NCBI GenBank assembly: GCA_964016885.1
Contig: OZ024740.1
Coordinates: 252,526,001 to 252,590,000 of the forward strand
Length of the DNA: 64,000 bases
Reading direction: 5' to 3'
DNA from: Eledone cirrhosa
Taxonomy: Eukaryota
The notes below the pieces were generated by a model. The model saw nothing but the letters and a program-made list of their open reading frames with translations. It was not told where the DNA came from and ran no database searches. The position numbers and the translations under genes are program-made. Positions 27,840-42,133 of this stretch are shown here, in pieces (position 1 is the stretch's first letter; every line of letters begins with the position of its first letter).

Positions 27840-28223
27840 CATCATCATCATCATCACCGTTTTACGTCCGTTCTTCCACGCTAGCATGGGTTAGACGGGT
27901 TGTCCTGTTGTGGGCAGTGTCTGGTCGGCTGACCATGACTTGCTCATACAGGAACTGATCTGGCTTGATTTGTACAGCTGGATGCCCTTCCTAACACCAA
28001 CCTCATTTACAGTGAGTGCTGGGTGCTTTTTCGTGGCGCCTACACATCCACTTTTCAGTGTGGGCTGGGTGCTTTTTTGCCGTGGCACCTCCACGACCAC
28101 CTTGCGGTGGGGGAGTGGGGGCATATTGTTTATATGCTTCAGCTTGTATCCGTGGGAGGTCGGGTACTCTGTATTACTGCGTGACGCCAGAAGTCACGGT
28201 CGTGTGTCATTGTCTTTGAGAGG
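27838..28223 (-). mobile_element. RTE 3' end plus 3' UTR and (GAT)n tail
   Basis: Reverse complement of ~43517-43903. Confidence 0.9.
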
Positions 28224-29973
28224 GCTCACCACCACTGACATCCACCAACTCCTATCCATTGTCGTCGACAACACCTACTTCGGATTCCTTGACCAAATAT
28301 ACCAACAAACCTCGGGATTGCCCATGGGATCAAGCCTGTCGGGTGTGCTAGCGATCTCTTACATGGACAACCTCGAACGCAAGGCACTCAACGCCTGCCA
28401 CCCCAACGCTGTAGCCTTTTTCTCAAGGTACGTGGACGATATCCTCATCCTCACATCTTCCCAAGACACGGCGAACAGAATCTATGAGACGTTCAACAAC
28501 ACGGACGAGAACATTGACTTCAGTGTTGAACACCCCAACGAAGACGGGTCACTTGCCCTCCTCGACTTCCGAATCAACATCACGGAACAGGGAAGGATCC
28601 ACTGCAACTTCTACCAAAAGGCAGCCTGCAGGGTCCTATTCGTTCACTACAAGTCCGCCCTCCCTAACGGTGACAAAAGAGGATACATCATGAACGAGAT
28701 CGCGCGAATCAAAAACAGATGCAGCGATCCCACGAGTGGTGTCACTCATACCAAGCGATTCCTCGAGGTGCTGGAGACGAACGGGTACCCTACCTCGATC
28801 ACAGACAGAATAGGAGACATCAGACGCAAGAGACAGAGAAGCACCCAAGGCAAGTGCTTCCTTCAAATGCCACACCTGGGCGAGAAAACCACCAACGCTA
28901 TCCACAAGGCTATACGGAGGGAGGGCCTCGACATCCACCTGGCCCACTCGGGCCCCTCCCTGCGAAGATGCCTCTCCAGGAAACCCGAAAAATCTACTGA
29001 CGCATGCTCCCTCAGAGACTGCCCGATACGCCATGCGAACTGTTGCCTACGCACATACGTCATGTATAAGATAGAATGTGACAGGTGCAACCAATACTAC
29101 ATAGGTAGCACAATCCGACCTTTGCACATCCGGATCAAGGAACACACTAAAACCAGGGCCTCGTCTTTCCGGAAACACATAGACAAATGCGGAAACAAAG
29201 ACGGAAGGCCCATTGTCACAATTCTAGCGACTGAAAGAAACGTCGGCACGTTACGTATCAAGGAAGCGCTTTTTATCAAACGACTGCAACCGCAAATAAA
29301 CAACCGATGAGAGAGAAGCGAAATGAAATGGCTGGTTTAAGTTAACAAGCGATGCAACAACACACAACACACACGCAAACGTGACAACTACACGCACACA
29401 CACAGTAGCATTCCACCATACGAACATACTACACTGCCAATACAGAGGAACAAGGCAACAACACACGTACACACACACACTCAAGCGAGACAACAACACA
29501 CGCACACACACACGCAGTAACATTTAACAAACAGGCAGAGAATGAACTGACAGCTAGCGCCATCCCACTCCCTCATTCGGCCGCTGACCTCTGTACGACC
29601 GACCCCATTTCACGCGCACGCGCACTCTGCCGAGTACCTCAGATATTCAAAACAACAAACAGCGAAGGACGCGTTCCGGACTTGTCCGGCAGACAACCTT
29701 TTCCCCCACCCCGGAAAAAAACCCCAGTTGATGGATGTGAATCCGAAATATATAGGGACAATTAAATCTCTCCCAAGGTAACTCTCTCTTGTGTTGTTAT
29801 TTTTATTTTATCCTTTATACTCTTCCCTTCATTCTACACATCTGACACATCTTATACACACCACGCATCTCAACGTACACCCACTTACATCTCTCTCTCC
29901 ACCACCGGACCTTGTTACCTGGAGATTTAACCATTTGCATTGTCGAGGCTTCCAAACGACTTAAAGATATTTA
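28222..29973 (+). mobile_element. Penelope/Poseidon-type PLE, 5'-truncated (RT, GIY-YIG, pLTR)
   Basis: GLPMGSSLS, RYVDD, LLDF, VMYKIECDRCNQYYIGST; same family as 38043-41395. Confidence 0.92.
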
Positions 29974-30592
29974 CATATATGAATATATATATATATATAT
30001 ATATATGAATATATATATATATATATATGAATATATATATATATATATATATGAATATATATATATATATATATATATGAATATATATATATGAATATAT
30101 ATATATATATATATGAATATATATATATATATATGAATATATATATATATATATATATGAATAAGAATATATATATATGAATAAGAATATATATATATGA
30201 ATAAGAATATATATATATGAATATGAATATATATATATAAATATGAATATATATATATAAATATGAATATATATATATATGAATATATATATATATATAT
30301 ATGAATATATATATATATATGAATATATATATATATATATGAATATATATATATGAATATATATATATATATATGAATATATATATATATATATATATAT
30401 GAATATATATATATATGAATATATATGTATATATATGAATATATATATATGAATATATATATATATATGAATATATATATATATATATGAATATATATAT
30501 ATATATATGAATATATATATATATATATGAATATATATATATATATGAATATATATATATATATATGAATATATATATATATATATGAATAT

Positions 30593-30644
<52 letters not shown>

Positions 30645-30716
30645 GAATATATATATATATATATATATATGAATATATATATATATATATGAATATATAT
30701 ATATATATATGAATAT

Positions 30717-30748
<32 letters not shown>

Positions 30749-30954
30749 GAATATATATATATATATATATGAATATATATATATATATATATATGAATAT
30801 ATATATATATATGAATATATATATATATATATATATGAATATATATATATATATGAATATATATATATAAATATATATATATATAAATATATATGAATAT
30901 ATATATATATATATATATGAATATATATATATATATGAATATATATATATAAAT

Positions 30955-30986
<32 letters not shown>

Positions 30987-31340
30987 GAATATATATATAT
31001 ATATGAATATATATATATGAATTTATATATATATATGAATATATATATATGAATATATATATATATATGAATATATATATATATGAATATGAATATATAT
31101 ATATATATTCATATTTATATATATATATTCATATTCATATATATATATATATTCATATTCATATATATATATGAATATATATATATATATATGAATATAT
31201 ATATATGAATATATATATATATATGAATATATATATATATGAATATATATATATATGAATATATATATATATATATATGAATATATATATATATATGAAT
31301 ATATATATATATATATAAGAATATATATATATATATATTC

Positions 31341-31372
<32 letters not shown>

Positions 31373-31494
31373 GAATATATATATATATATATATATGAAT
31401 ATATATATATATATATATATGAATATATATATATATATATGAATATATATATATATATGAATATATATATATATATGAATATATATATATATGA

Positions 31495-31544
<50 letters not shown>

Positions 31545-31559
31545 ATATATATGTATATG

Positions 31560-31624
<65 letters not shown>

Positions 31625-31677
31625 GTATATATAAATATATATGTATATATATATATATGTATATATAAATATATATG

Positions 31678-31768
<91 letters not shown>

Positions 31769-31821
31769 TTATATATGAATATATATATATGAATATATAT
31801 ATATGAATATATATATATATA

Positions 31822-31870
<49 letters not shown>

Positions 31871-31945
31871 GAATATATATATATTTATATATATATATAT
31901 TTATGAATATATATATATTTATGAATATATATATATATGAATATA
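29974..31945. repeat. ~2 kb (TA)n-TGAA interrupted microsatellite
   Basis: Direct inspection; local orientation flips near 31105-31145 and ~31338. Confidence 0.97.
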
Positions 31946-34585
31946 TGTAGATAAATCTACCAAAAGTTTACGGTAGTGTCCAATCCGTATGAAGAACTCA
32001 ATGTAATCCGGATATCATGAAAAGAGAAGATGCATTCAAAAACTACTTTCGGTGAAAAATAAACAGAAAACAGAGTCAAGATAAATTAATAAAATAATGA
32101 ATAAACAAAGAAACAGTTCCTTATATTAAAAAAATTTCTCCTTTTTTTAGATATAACATCTAAAATCTAATTTAGATATAACATCTAAAATCTATATCAC
32201 ATGGATATTGAAAATTACAATGAGTTCAAAGAACTCAAGAAAAATTATAGAAAAACAAACAATGCGTCACTTACCAACATCAACAACAAAACACACAGCA
32301 TAGTGAATAGACTTAATATTGAAGATAGAACTGAACCTTTGGCATTGAAAAGACCACACTTCAACCTGAAAGATCATAAATATAATTTTAACTCTAATCC
32401 TTCTATAAGACTTATATGCCCTTCCAAATCTGATATTGGAATAATTAGTAAAAAAATTTTAGATAGAGTCATCCCACAACTAAGAAAACATGTTAATTTA
32501 CCACTCTGGGAAAACACATCCCAGGTAATTAACTGGTTTAATAATATTAGAAATAAATCCTCTGCTTCATTTCTACAATTTGATATAGATAATTATTATT
32601 CTTCTATATCACCTATACTCCTGAACAAAGCCTTGATATTTGCTAAAAATAGGTCTAACTTAACTTTGGATGACATTAATATTATTACACATGCTAGACT
32701 AACACTATTGGAATTTCAGAATGAATACTGGACCAGAAACACATATAGTAATCTATTCGATATTACTATGGGTTCAAGCGATTCTGCCCAAATTACTGAT
32801 CTTGTGGGCCTCTTCTTCTTTTTAACATAAATGCTTCCTTTCCCCACCTTAAAGGTGGCTTATATCGTGACGACTGTCTTCTTCTTTCCAATAACCTTAG
32901 CCTCTCAGAGATAGAAAAAAATAAAAAGCTTATTAGAACTTTCCTTAAAGACTATTATAGTCTAGATATTACATTTGAAAACACAAGTAAAGTAGTTAAT
33001 TTCCTAGATATAACATTAGACTTATCTACGGGCATCTACCAACCTTACCATAAACCCAACCAAAATTTACACTACATACACTCACAATCTAATCACCCTA
33101 AATCTATCCTTAAAAACCTTGCATATAATATATCACTTAGAATTTCTAACCTTTCATCTAACCAAGATGTATTTGATAAAAATGCGACCTTTTATAACGA
33201 AGCTCTAGTTAGAAGTGGCCACAAAAATAAATTAGTGTATATACCTTCTAGCAACAACACTACAAACATACAACCTAATATTACCAACAAACACCAAATG
33301 AAACATACACACATAAATGCCACTCACACTATACCCCAAAACACCAACATAAAACCAAATTTCTCTAACTCTTCTAATATAAAGTATAGTAACTCTCAAA
33401 AAACTACTCATCCTACAACTCTAATAAATGTTAATAATAAAACACCTAATAAACAAGCTAAAACACCTAAATCAATAAATCTAACTAAAAATGTGTGTGG
33501 TGAGGTCATTAACAATAATTCTCTTAATAAACATCAGGATGCATCCTATAAAAACAATAAACAACATCGAAACCGTAATAGACGGGTTACTTGGTATAAT
33601 GCTCCATTTAATTTACAAATTAAGGATAATATACCTAAAAAATTCTTTAATATCCTAGAGAAAAACTTACCGCCAAACCACAAATACCATCAAATTTTAA
33701 ATAGATCAACGGTTAAATTCTCCTACTCAACAACCAAAAACATAAAACAAAATATAAGTGCCTATAATGCATATAAATGTAAAAAAAACCATGAGTATAC
33801 CACCAGTACATCAAACTAACCATAATATCTCCTCAGATACAGGATTCACTAAAAGTTGTAACTGTAGAAACAAGGCAAACAGTCCATTAAAAGGAAATTG
33901 CCTTGTTAATAACATAGTATATAAATGTAAAGTTAACACTAAGGACTCAATTTATTCATATATAGGGGCTACCTCTAACAAATTTAAAGTAAGATTTAAT
34001 ACCCACAAACATAGTTTTAAAAATGCCGCACTAGCTAATACAACATCTCTAGCTGAAATAATTAATAGTTATAGAAAGAGGAATATAGATTATGACCTGA
34101 CCTGGAGTGTGCTCAAAAGGGCCATCCCTTATCAAAATAGTAGATATGAATGTAGATTATGTTCCCAAGAACTTTTTGAAATAAGCGACAGGAATTAATA
34201 ATATCGTGTAATCATAAACTGAGAAAAACCTTTAAATATTATAAACCTAATTTAATATACACTTTAGAAATTAATATATAAACTGTTTTTAATTTAGTTA
34301 ACCTATAATTAATATTCTACTACTGATGAACTACATAATTTTACTTTCCTTCTTACAACTATCACTTCCTAAAACTGATACCATTAAGTAAACATATATA
34401 ATGCTTTAACTTCAGGTTATGACTCTATGTATATTATTTATTATTTCTCACTAATAAATTTAATCCCCCCCCCAATAATTATATGTATATGTATGTATAT
34501 ATGAGTGTGTATATATATGTATGTATATATGCATATATGTATATGTATATATATATATATATGTGTATATGTGTGTGTGTATGTG

Positions 34586-34618
<33 letters not shown>

Positions 34619-35447
34619 TATTTTTATATTCTTTTAATTTCCCCTCATCTTTAACAGCACTTTTCAACTGCATCTAACTCTTATTTATCATATCTGTATG
34701 TATTAGTATAATTTTATCAATATAAATATACCCATCAATTAAATTAATCTATATTCTTTTCATAGATGTATTTTTTTCACTAACACTCTTATCGTAAAAA
34801 TTTAGTCTCCTTAGATATTTGCATTGGCATTACTATTTTATAACAGCAACTGCTTGTATACCTTTTACTGACCTGACCTATTTTCACCCCTAAAATAAGC
34901 TTCAATTACTACTATTTTACCATTTGGCCAATTATTAACTTTCTATTGGTTAATTCTAAACCTCTTACCAAACAGACAGAATATATTAGATCTTTGTTGG
35001 TTTTATTCAATGAACAAATAAAATTATTTCAGAGGTCAGCATACGACCTATTTTCTTCCCTAAAATAATCCTTCATTCATAATATTTTTTTCCATCCAAA
35101 ACTGAAATCTACCTTCCTCTACCCATAATTTAAGGTTCTTCTACTACTATATTACTATCTTGACCCTCACTATCTCTCTATTGGTCAATTCAAAACCTGT
35201 TCCCAAACAGACCTATTGTATTGAATCTTTGTTTTTTTCAATAAACAAATATCATTATTTCTGAAGACAGCATATATATGTGTAGGTATGTATATTCCCT
35301 CTGATAGTTTGTATAAATATTGTACATAGATCTATAGAATATGCATACCCACTCTAACACATATATATCCTAGAAACGATCGTAAAATGATGATTTTTTT
35401 TAATATAAGGAACTGTTTCTTTGTTTATTCATTATTTTATTAATTTA
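31945..35447 (+). mobile_element. Naiad-type PLE (RT, GIY-YIG, 3' tail) with inverted terminal segment upstream
   Basis: LKDHK, QFDIDNYYSSI, FDITMGSSDSAQ, YRDD, VYKC..YIGATS; 32081-32134 is the reverse complement of 35394-35447. Confidence 0.9.
35251..35394 (+). ncRNA. Hammerhead ribozyme with ~105-nt extended stem II
   Basis: ATCATTATTT CTGAAGA [long hairpin] GAAA CGATCG TA AAATGATGAT; 10-bp stem I. Confidence 0.7.
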
Positions 35448-35521
35448 TATATGAATATATATATATTTATGAATATATATATATATATATGAATATATAT
35501 ATATTTATAAATATATATATA

Positions 35522-36002
35522 TATCATCATCATCAACGTTTAACGTCCGCGTTCCATGCTTGCATGGGTTTGGACGGGGGTTTACCCACTTGAAGCAAGA
35601 GTGATTATCTTGCTCGCATAGGACTATCTGGCGGGTTTTCTACAGCTGGATGCCCTTCCTAACACCAACCACATTTACAGTGTGGGGCTGGGAGGTTTTT
35701 ACCGTGTTGCCTACACGGCCACATTACAGCGTGAACTGTGTGTTTTTTGACGTGACACCTACACAATCTCATTTGTTTCGGCCTGGATGTTGTGGCACCA
35801 ACATAACTTTACATTGAAAGGGGCGGTGTGGATGGGGGGGGGGGGTATTTTGTTAGAGATGCCTACTGACTGTAGTAGGTTTTACTTTGTATTTAGGTAA
35901 GGCGGGTCTTCTCTATTACTGAGTACCGCCAAAGGTCTCGGTCCAGTGACATTGTCTTGGTGAGGTGTAAGTGTGTGAGGTCGGAATTTATCAGCTCGTC
36001 CC

Positions 36003-36005
<3 letters not shown>
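35522..36005 (-). mobile_element. RTE 3' end, 5'-truncated
   Basis: Reverse complement of ~18545-19030. Confidence 0.9.
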
Positions 36006-36084
<79 letters not shown>

Positions 36085-36098
36085 ATATATATATATTC

Positions 36099-36138
<40 letters not shown>

Positions 36139-36139
36139 A

Positions 36140-36378
36140 TTTCACATTGCTCCAGTTTACTCAGCTGTAGAAATGAGATGATAGGGACTGGGGTCCATAT
36201 CATTCCACTGTAAAGTGGTCGTGGAGGTGCCACGGCAAAAAAGCACCCAGCACTCACTGTAAATGAGGTTGGTGTTAGGAAGGGCATCCAGCTGTAGAAA
36301 TCAAGCCAGAATCAGTTCCCGTCCCACCCTTGCAAGCAGGGAAAAGTGGACGTAAAACGATGATGATGATGATGATGA
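36140..36378 (+). mobile_element. SINE-body fragment fused to an RTE-type tail with (GAT)n
   Basis: ttcacattgctcc matches 37260-37272; then aaaagcacccag..ttaggaagggcatccag and gatgatgat. Confidence 0.6.
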
Positions 36379-37155
<777 letters not shown>

Positions 37156-37275
37156 AGTGAAGGCGTGTGGCTGAGTGGTTAGAGAATTGGCAATCGTAAG
37201 GTTGTGAGTTCGATTCCTGGACCAGGCGATGCGTTATGTCCTTGAGCAAGACACTTTATTTCACGTTGCTCCTTC
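37156..37275 (+). mobile_element. tRNA-derived SINE head with CORE-like segment
   Basis: A box TGGCTGAGTGG, B box GAGTTCGATTCC, then TGTCCTTGAGCAAGACACTT. Confidence 0.75.
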
Positions 37276-37540
37276 TACCTGGAGTTGCGACCGATAGATA
37301 GTATTAGCAATTGGAAAGACCAACGGAAACATTGTTCCCTCGGTCCGATTTGACGAAAGTCGATCGTTCCTATATATTATATAATATTTAGTGTTTTAAA
37401 CTCAAAAAGTCATTTACAATTAATTAGCTCAAAGAAAGAAGCATTTCTGAGCCGTGAAATACAAGTTAATATATGAAAAACACATAAGTGTTTTTATTGC
37501 AAAAGACGAAGTTAGCTACAATGAAATAAACTAATTAAAA

Positions 37541-38042
37541 TAAATATAGTTTGTCTGTCTCGATATAATTCAATAAAAACAAACCTATATTGGCAAAAGC
37601 CGTGATTCCTGGACAAATTTAAATTTCAAAATCCAAACCTGCTCCGTAGATGAATTTGAACTTCAAAACCTAAATATGTTTCGCAACGATGGTATAAAAA
37701 GTGAAATATTCAAATCTTCTGTGCTTATCAACAGGAATCCAGAAAAATTAGGACATTTCACCTCCAATAAATTTTGTAGGACTGGTTCACAAGTACAAAC
37801 GCACGAGGTACACAGCTCACTAGCTATCTCATACTCACAGTGCTAGAAATAACAGCCCTTTATATGGGATTAAAAATTAAAAATTTTATACCATCGTTGC
37901 GAAACATATTTAGGTTTTGAAGTTCAAATTCATCTACGGAGCAGGTTTGGATTTTGAAATTTAAATTTGTCCAGGAATCACGGCTTTTGCCAATATAGGT
38001 TTGTTTTTATTGATTTATATTGAGACAGACAAACTATATTTA
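37541..38042. repeat. ~160-bp inverted repeat (37541-37700 and 37884-38042), probable PLE pLTR fold-back
   Basis: Arms nearly identical; minus strand reads CCTG TTGATAA GCA..TGC GAAA CATA TT TAGG (HHR-like). Confidence 0.75.
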
Positions 38043-41000
38043 TTTTAAATAAATATCTTTAAGTCGTTTGGAAGCCTCGACAATGCAAATGGGTAAATCT
38101 CCGGGTAACAAGATCCGGTGGTGGAGAGAGAGATAGATGTAAGTGGGTGTACGTTGAGATGCGTGGTGTGTAAAAATGTGTAAATGTGTAGAAGAAAGAA
38201 GGGAAGAGTATAAAGGATAAAATAAAAATAACAACACAAGAGAGAGTTACCTTGGGAGAGATTTAATAGTCCCTATATATTTCGGATTCACATCCATCAA
38301 CTGGGGTTTTTTTTCCGGGGTAAAGGTTGTCTGTCGGACAGGTGCGAAATGCGTCCTCCGCTGTTTGTTGTTTTGAATATCTGAGGTATTCGGCAGAGCG
38401 CGCGTGCGCGTGAAATGGGGTCGGTCGGGCAGAGGTCAGCGGCCGAATGAGGGAGTGGGGTGGCGCTAGTTGTCAGTCCATTCTCTGCCTGTTTGTTAAA
38501 TGTTACTGTGTGTGTGTGTTGTTGTCTCGCTTGAGTGTGTGTGTGTGTGTGCGTGTGTAGTTGCCTTGTTCCTCTGTATTGGCAGTGTAGTATGTTCGTA
38601 TGGTGGAATGCTACTGTGTGTGTGTGTGTGTAGTTGTCTCGTTTGTGTGTGCGTGTGTTGTGTGTTGCTACATCGTTTGTTAACTTAAACCAGCCATCTC
38701 ATTTCGCTTCTCTCTCATCGGTTGTTTATTTGCGGTTGCAGGCGTTTGATAAAAAGTGCTTCCTTGATACGTAACGTGCCGACGTTTCTTTCAGTCGCTA
38801 GAATTGTGACAATGGGCCTTCCGTCTTTGTTTCCGCATTTGTCTATGTGTTTCCGGAAAGACGAGGCCCTGGTTTTAGTGTGTTCCTTGATCCGGATGTG
38901 CAAAGGTCGGATTGTGCTACCTATGTAGTATTGGTTGCACCTGTCACATTCTATCTTATACACGACGTATGTGTGTAGGCAACAGTTCGCATGGCGTATC
39001 GGTCAGTCTCTGAGGGAGCATGCGTCAGTAGATTTCCCGGGTTTCTTGGAGAGGCATCTTCGCAGGGAGGGGCCTGAGTGGGCCAGGTGGATGTCGAGGC
39101 CCTCCCTCCGTATAGCCTTGCGGATAGCGTTGGTGGTATTCTCGCCCAGGTGTGGCATTTTAAGGAAGCACTTGCCTTGGGCGCCTCTCTGTCTCTTGTG
39201 TCTGGTGTCTCCTATTCTGTCTGTGATCGAGGTAGGGTACCCGTTCGTCTCCAGCACCTCGAGGAATCGCTTGGTATGAGTGACACCACTCGCGGGTTCG
39301 CTGCATCTGTTTTTGATTCGCGCGATCTCGTTCGTGATGTATCCTCTTTTGGCACTGTTAGGGAGGGTGGACTTGTAGTGAACGAACAGGTCCCTGCAGG
39401 CTGCCTTTCGGTAGAAGTTGCAGTGGATCCTTCCCTGTTCCGTGATGTTGATTCGGAAGTCGAGGAGGGCAAGTGACCCGTCTTCGTTGGGGTGTTCAAC
39501 ACTGAAGTTAATGTTCTCGTCCGTGTTGTTGAACGTCTCATAGATTCTGTTCGCCGTGTCTTGGGAAGATGTGAGGATGAGGATATCGTCCACGTACCTT
39601 GAGAAAAAGGCTACAGCGTTGGGGTGGCAGTCGTTGAGTGCCTTGCGTTCGAGGTTGTCCATGTAAGAGATCGCTAGCACACCTGATAGGCTTGATCCCA
39701 TGGGCAATCCCGAGGTTTGTTGGCATGTTTGGTCAAGGAATCCGAAGTAGGTGTTGTCGACGACGATGGATAGGAGTTGGTGGATATCAGTGGTGGTGAG
39801 CCCGAAGCAGTGTAAGTCGGTGGATTGGACGCGTTCCATCAGTATATTGACGGCCGGGAGTGCCGGGACCGAGGTGTAGAGAACGACTACATCAAGGCTG
39901 AAGGCATATCTGTTATTCCTTCTGGTGTCGGGATCCATTTGATGCAGGCGCTTCAACACCTCTTCGGAGCTGTTAACGTGTCCCGGCAAGGTGTCTAAGA
40001 AGGGTTTGAGTATTCTGGCTAGGAGCCATAAAATTTTGTAGAGTGGTCCCTCCACGCTCGATACGATGGGCCTGATCTTCAGGTCGGGTCCCTGTTTGTG
40101 CGTTTTCACGAGGTGGTAGATTGCGGGTAGTCTGCTGTTGCTCGTGAGGAGGTTGTATCTCAGGTTCTTCGGGAGCTTCCGCCGGTCGCAGATGTTGGTC
40201 CAGGCGGCGTTGATGTGCTCTCTGTTGATGACGCAGAATTCTTTTCCCTTATCGGAGGGGAGATAGATGTGGTTCTTCGATTTTAGGTTGGAGAGTGTGG
40301 TGAGTTGAGATTTGGTGAGGTTATGTGTTGTGCGTGTGTGTTTGTGAAGTATATCCGAGATGGAGTGTTTTAGCCTGATGAGTTTAGTGTCGAGTTCGTG
40401 GTTGGTGGGTGGGGGGTGGAGTGGGTTGTCGGGGTGGTAAGTGGGGAACTTGGGGTGGGTTGCGTGGGGGCTGTTATTTTCTGTGGCGCTGTTGATGGCG
40501 GTCACCCATTTAAGTTGGTAAGCGGCTCAACAAAAGTTGGCCTCGATGTTGAGTTTGAGTCTGTCGTCGAGACGTTGTGAGACGATGAACTTGGGTCCGA
40601 GGCGTAGGAGTTTCAGCTCGTCGCTCGTGAGAGTGCAGGTTAGGTCGATGACCAGGTGCGTCGCATCGTTGAGGTATGGCTCGGTGTTGGTGGATGCGGC
40701 GGTGGCGGTTGTTAAGTTGTTGTTTCCGACGTGGTTCTGGTCCGTCTGTTCGTTAGTGTCGATGTTCTCGTCGTGGAGTTTAGACAAGATCCACTCATAT
40801 TTTCGCTTGAGCTGTTTTTTCTCGTATTGGACTCTGGAGTGGTAGCACTGGTCGATTGCTTTAGTGATTTTCAGGAGCAAGTCCCCAGGTGCTATTGGCA
40901 GTCGATGTGTCCGCTCTGAGAGTGTCCGCTTATGGACGTGTAATTGGTGGTTGAGATGTCTCAGGATCTGTTTAATACACATGCGATGTATGCGGTTAGT

Positions 41001-41395
41001 GGTGTTTTGGAAAGCTGGTGTACGTAGGCTTACTGGTAAATGGATGTTCCTGATGGTGTTGGGATGACATCGTTTTTTAGGCAGCGGTTCAGGAAAATAA
41101 TCTGACAGCCATCATTGGCCCATTTATCCGACAGTCTAAACAGTTCCCTTACGGATGCAAAAACAATTCCTGGCTCAGGTGTAAGGATAAGAGAGTATTG
41201 AAGTTTGCTTGAAGCATTGTGGAATAATAAATAAATATCTTTAAGTCGTTTGGAAGCCTCGACAATGCAAATGGGTAAATCTCCGGGTAACAAGATCCGG
41301 TGGTGGAGAGAGATAGATGTAAGTGGGTGTACGTTGAGATGCGTGGTGTGTAAAGATGTGTAAATTTTTATTTTATCCTTTATACTCTTCCCTTC
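38043..41395 (-). mobile_element. Near full-length Penelope/Poseidon-type PLE with direct pLTRs (38043-38230 and 41227-41395), frameshifted
   Basis: FLNRC..IP, LGPKF, SDKG, KTHK..IRPIVS, SLDV..LYTSVP, MGS, YVDD, GIY-YIG. Confidence 0.93.
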
Positions 41396-41972
41396 AGAAC
41401 AGCCTGATTTATGCATAAATCAGGCTGTCCGTTTGTTTACAAACGAACAAAGCGAACGTTATAATAAATGTTCGCTAAACTAATACGTACATATATATAT
41501 ATATATGTGTGCCTGTATGTATATATATATATATATATATATACATGCTACTGTACGTCTGTATACATATGTGTATGTACGTATACATACATACTTACAT
41601 TTAAGTAAGTGCCGTACTAAGAGTGAGAAATGAAATTTCATTTCATTCTATTCCATTTATCGTTTTCGGTGTGCCTGGCCGACTCAACTCACTCGATATG
41701 CATATTAGGCTGCTCAGCCGTTAATTTTCATAAGGAAAGTATATACTTTCGAACGTTCAACCATCTGGCAGAAGGGTATACGGTGCTGACGATAGCTAAC
41801 AAGCTTGAAACTCGTACATCGTTCCTGTGTCAGTGTTGAACAAAAAAGGTGACGTGGTTGCCTTAACACCGTACGGCATAAATCAGGCTGTCCATTTGTT
41901 TACAAACGAACACAGCGAACGTTATAATAAATGTTCGCTAAACTGATACATACATATATATATGTGTGCCTG

Positions 41973-42013
<41 letters not shown>

Positions 42014-42130
42014 GCTACTGTACGTCTGTATACATATGTGTATGTACGTATACATACATATATATATGTGTGCCTGTATGTATATATATGTATATATATA
42101 TATGCATATATATATATGTATATATATATA
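41396..42130 (+). mobile_element. Retrozyme-like element, partial tandem (period ~463 bp); HHR at 41781-41821; remnant resumes at 42659-42715
   Basis: Repeat at 41425 and 41888; CGGTG CTGACGA TAGCTAACAAGCTT GAAA CTCG TA CATCG; 30-bp perfect palindrome at the 5' end (41399-41428). Confidence 0.8.
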
Positions 42131-42133
42131 TAT

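Noticed and set aside
27910-29310. 466-aa ORF as a novel fusion gene
   Set aside because: The N-terminus is antisense RTE 3' UTR that is in frame by chance with a truncated Penelope RT; it starts at a non-ATG codon.
29775-29830. Intron donor AG|GTAACT in the Penelope pLTR
   Set aside because: Plausible for a PLE, but no acceptor or upstream exon can be supported from sequence alone.
37156-37225. tRNA gene
   Set aside because: A and B boxes are present but the cloverleaf is incomplete and runs into a SINE body.
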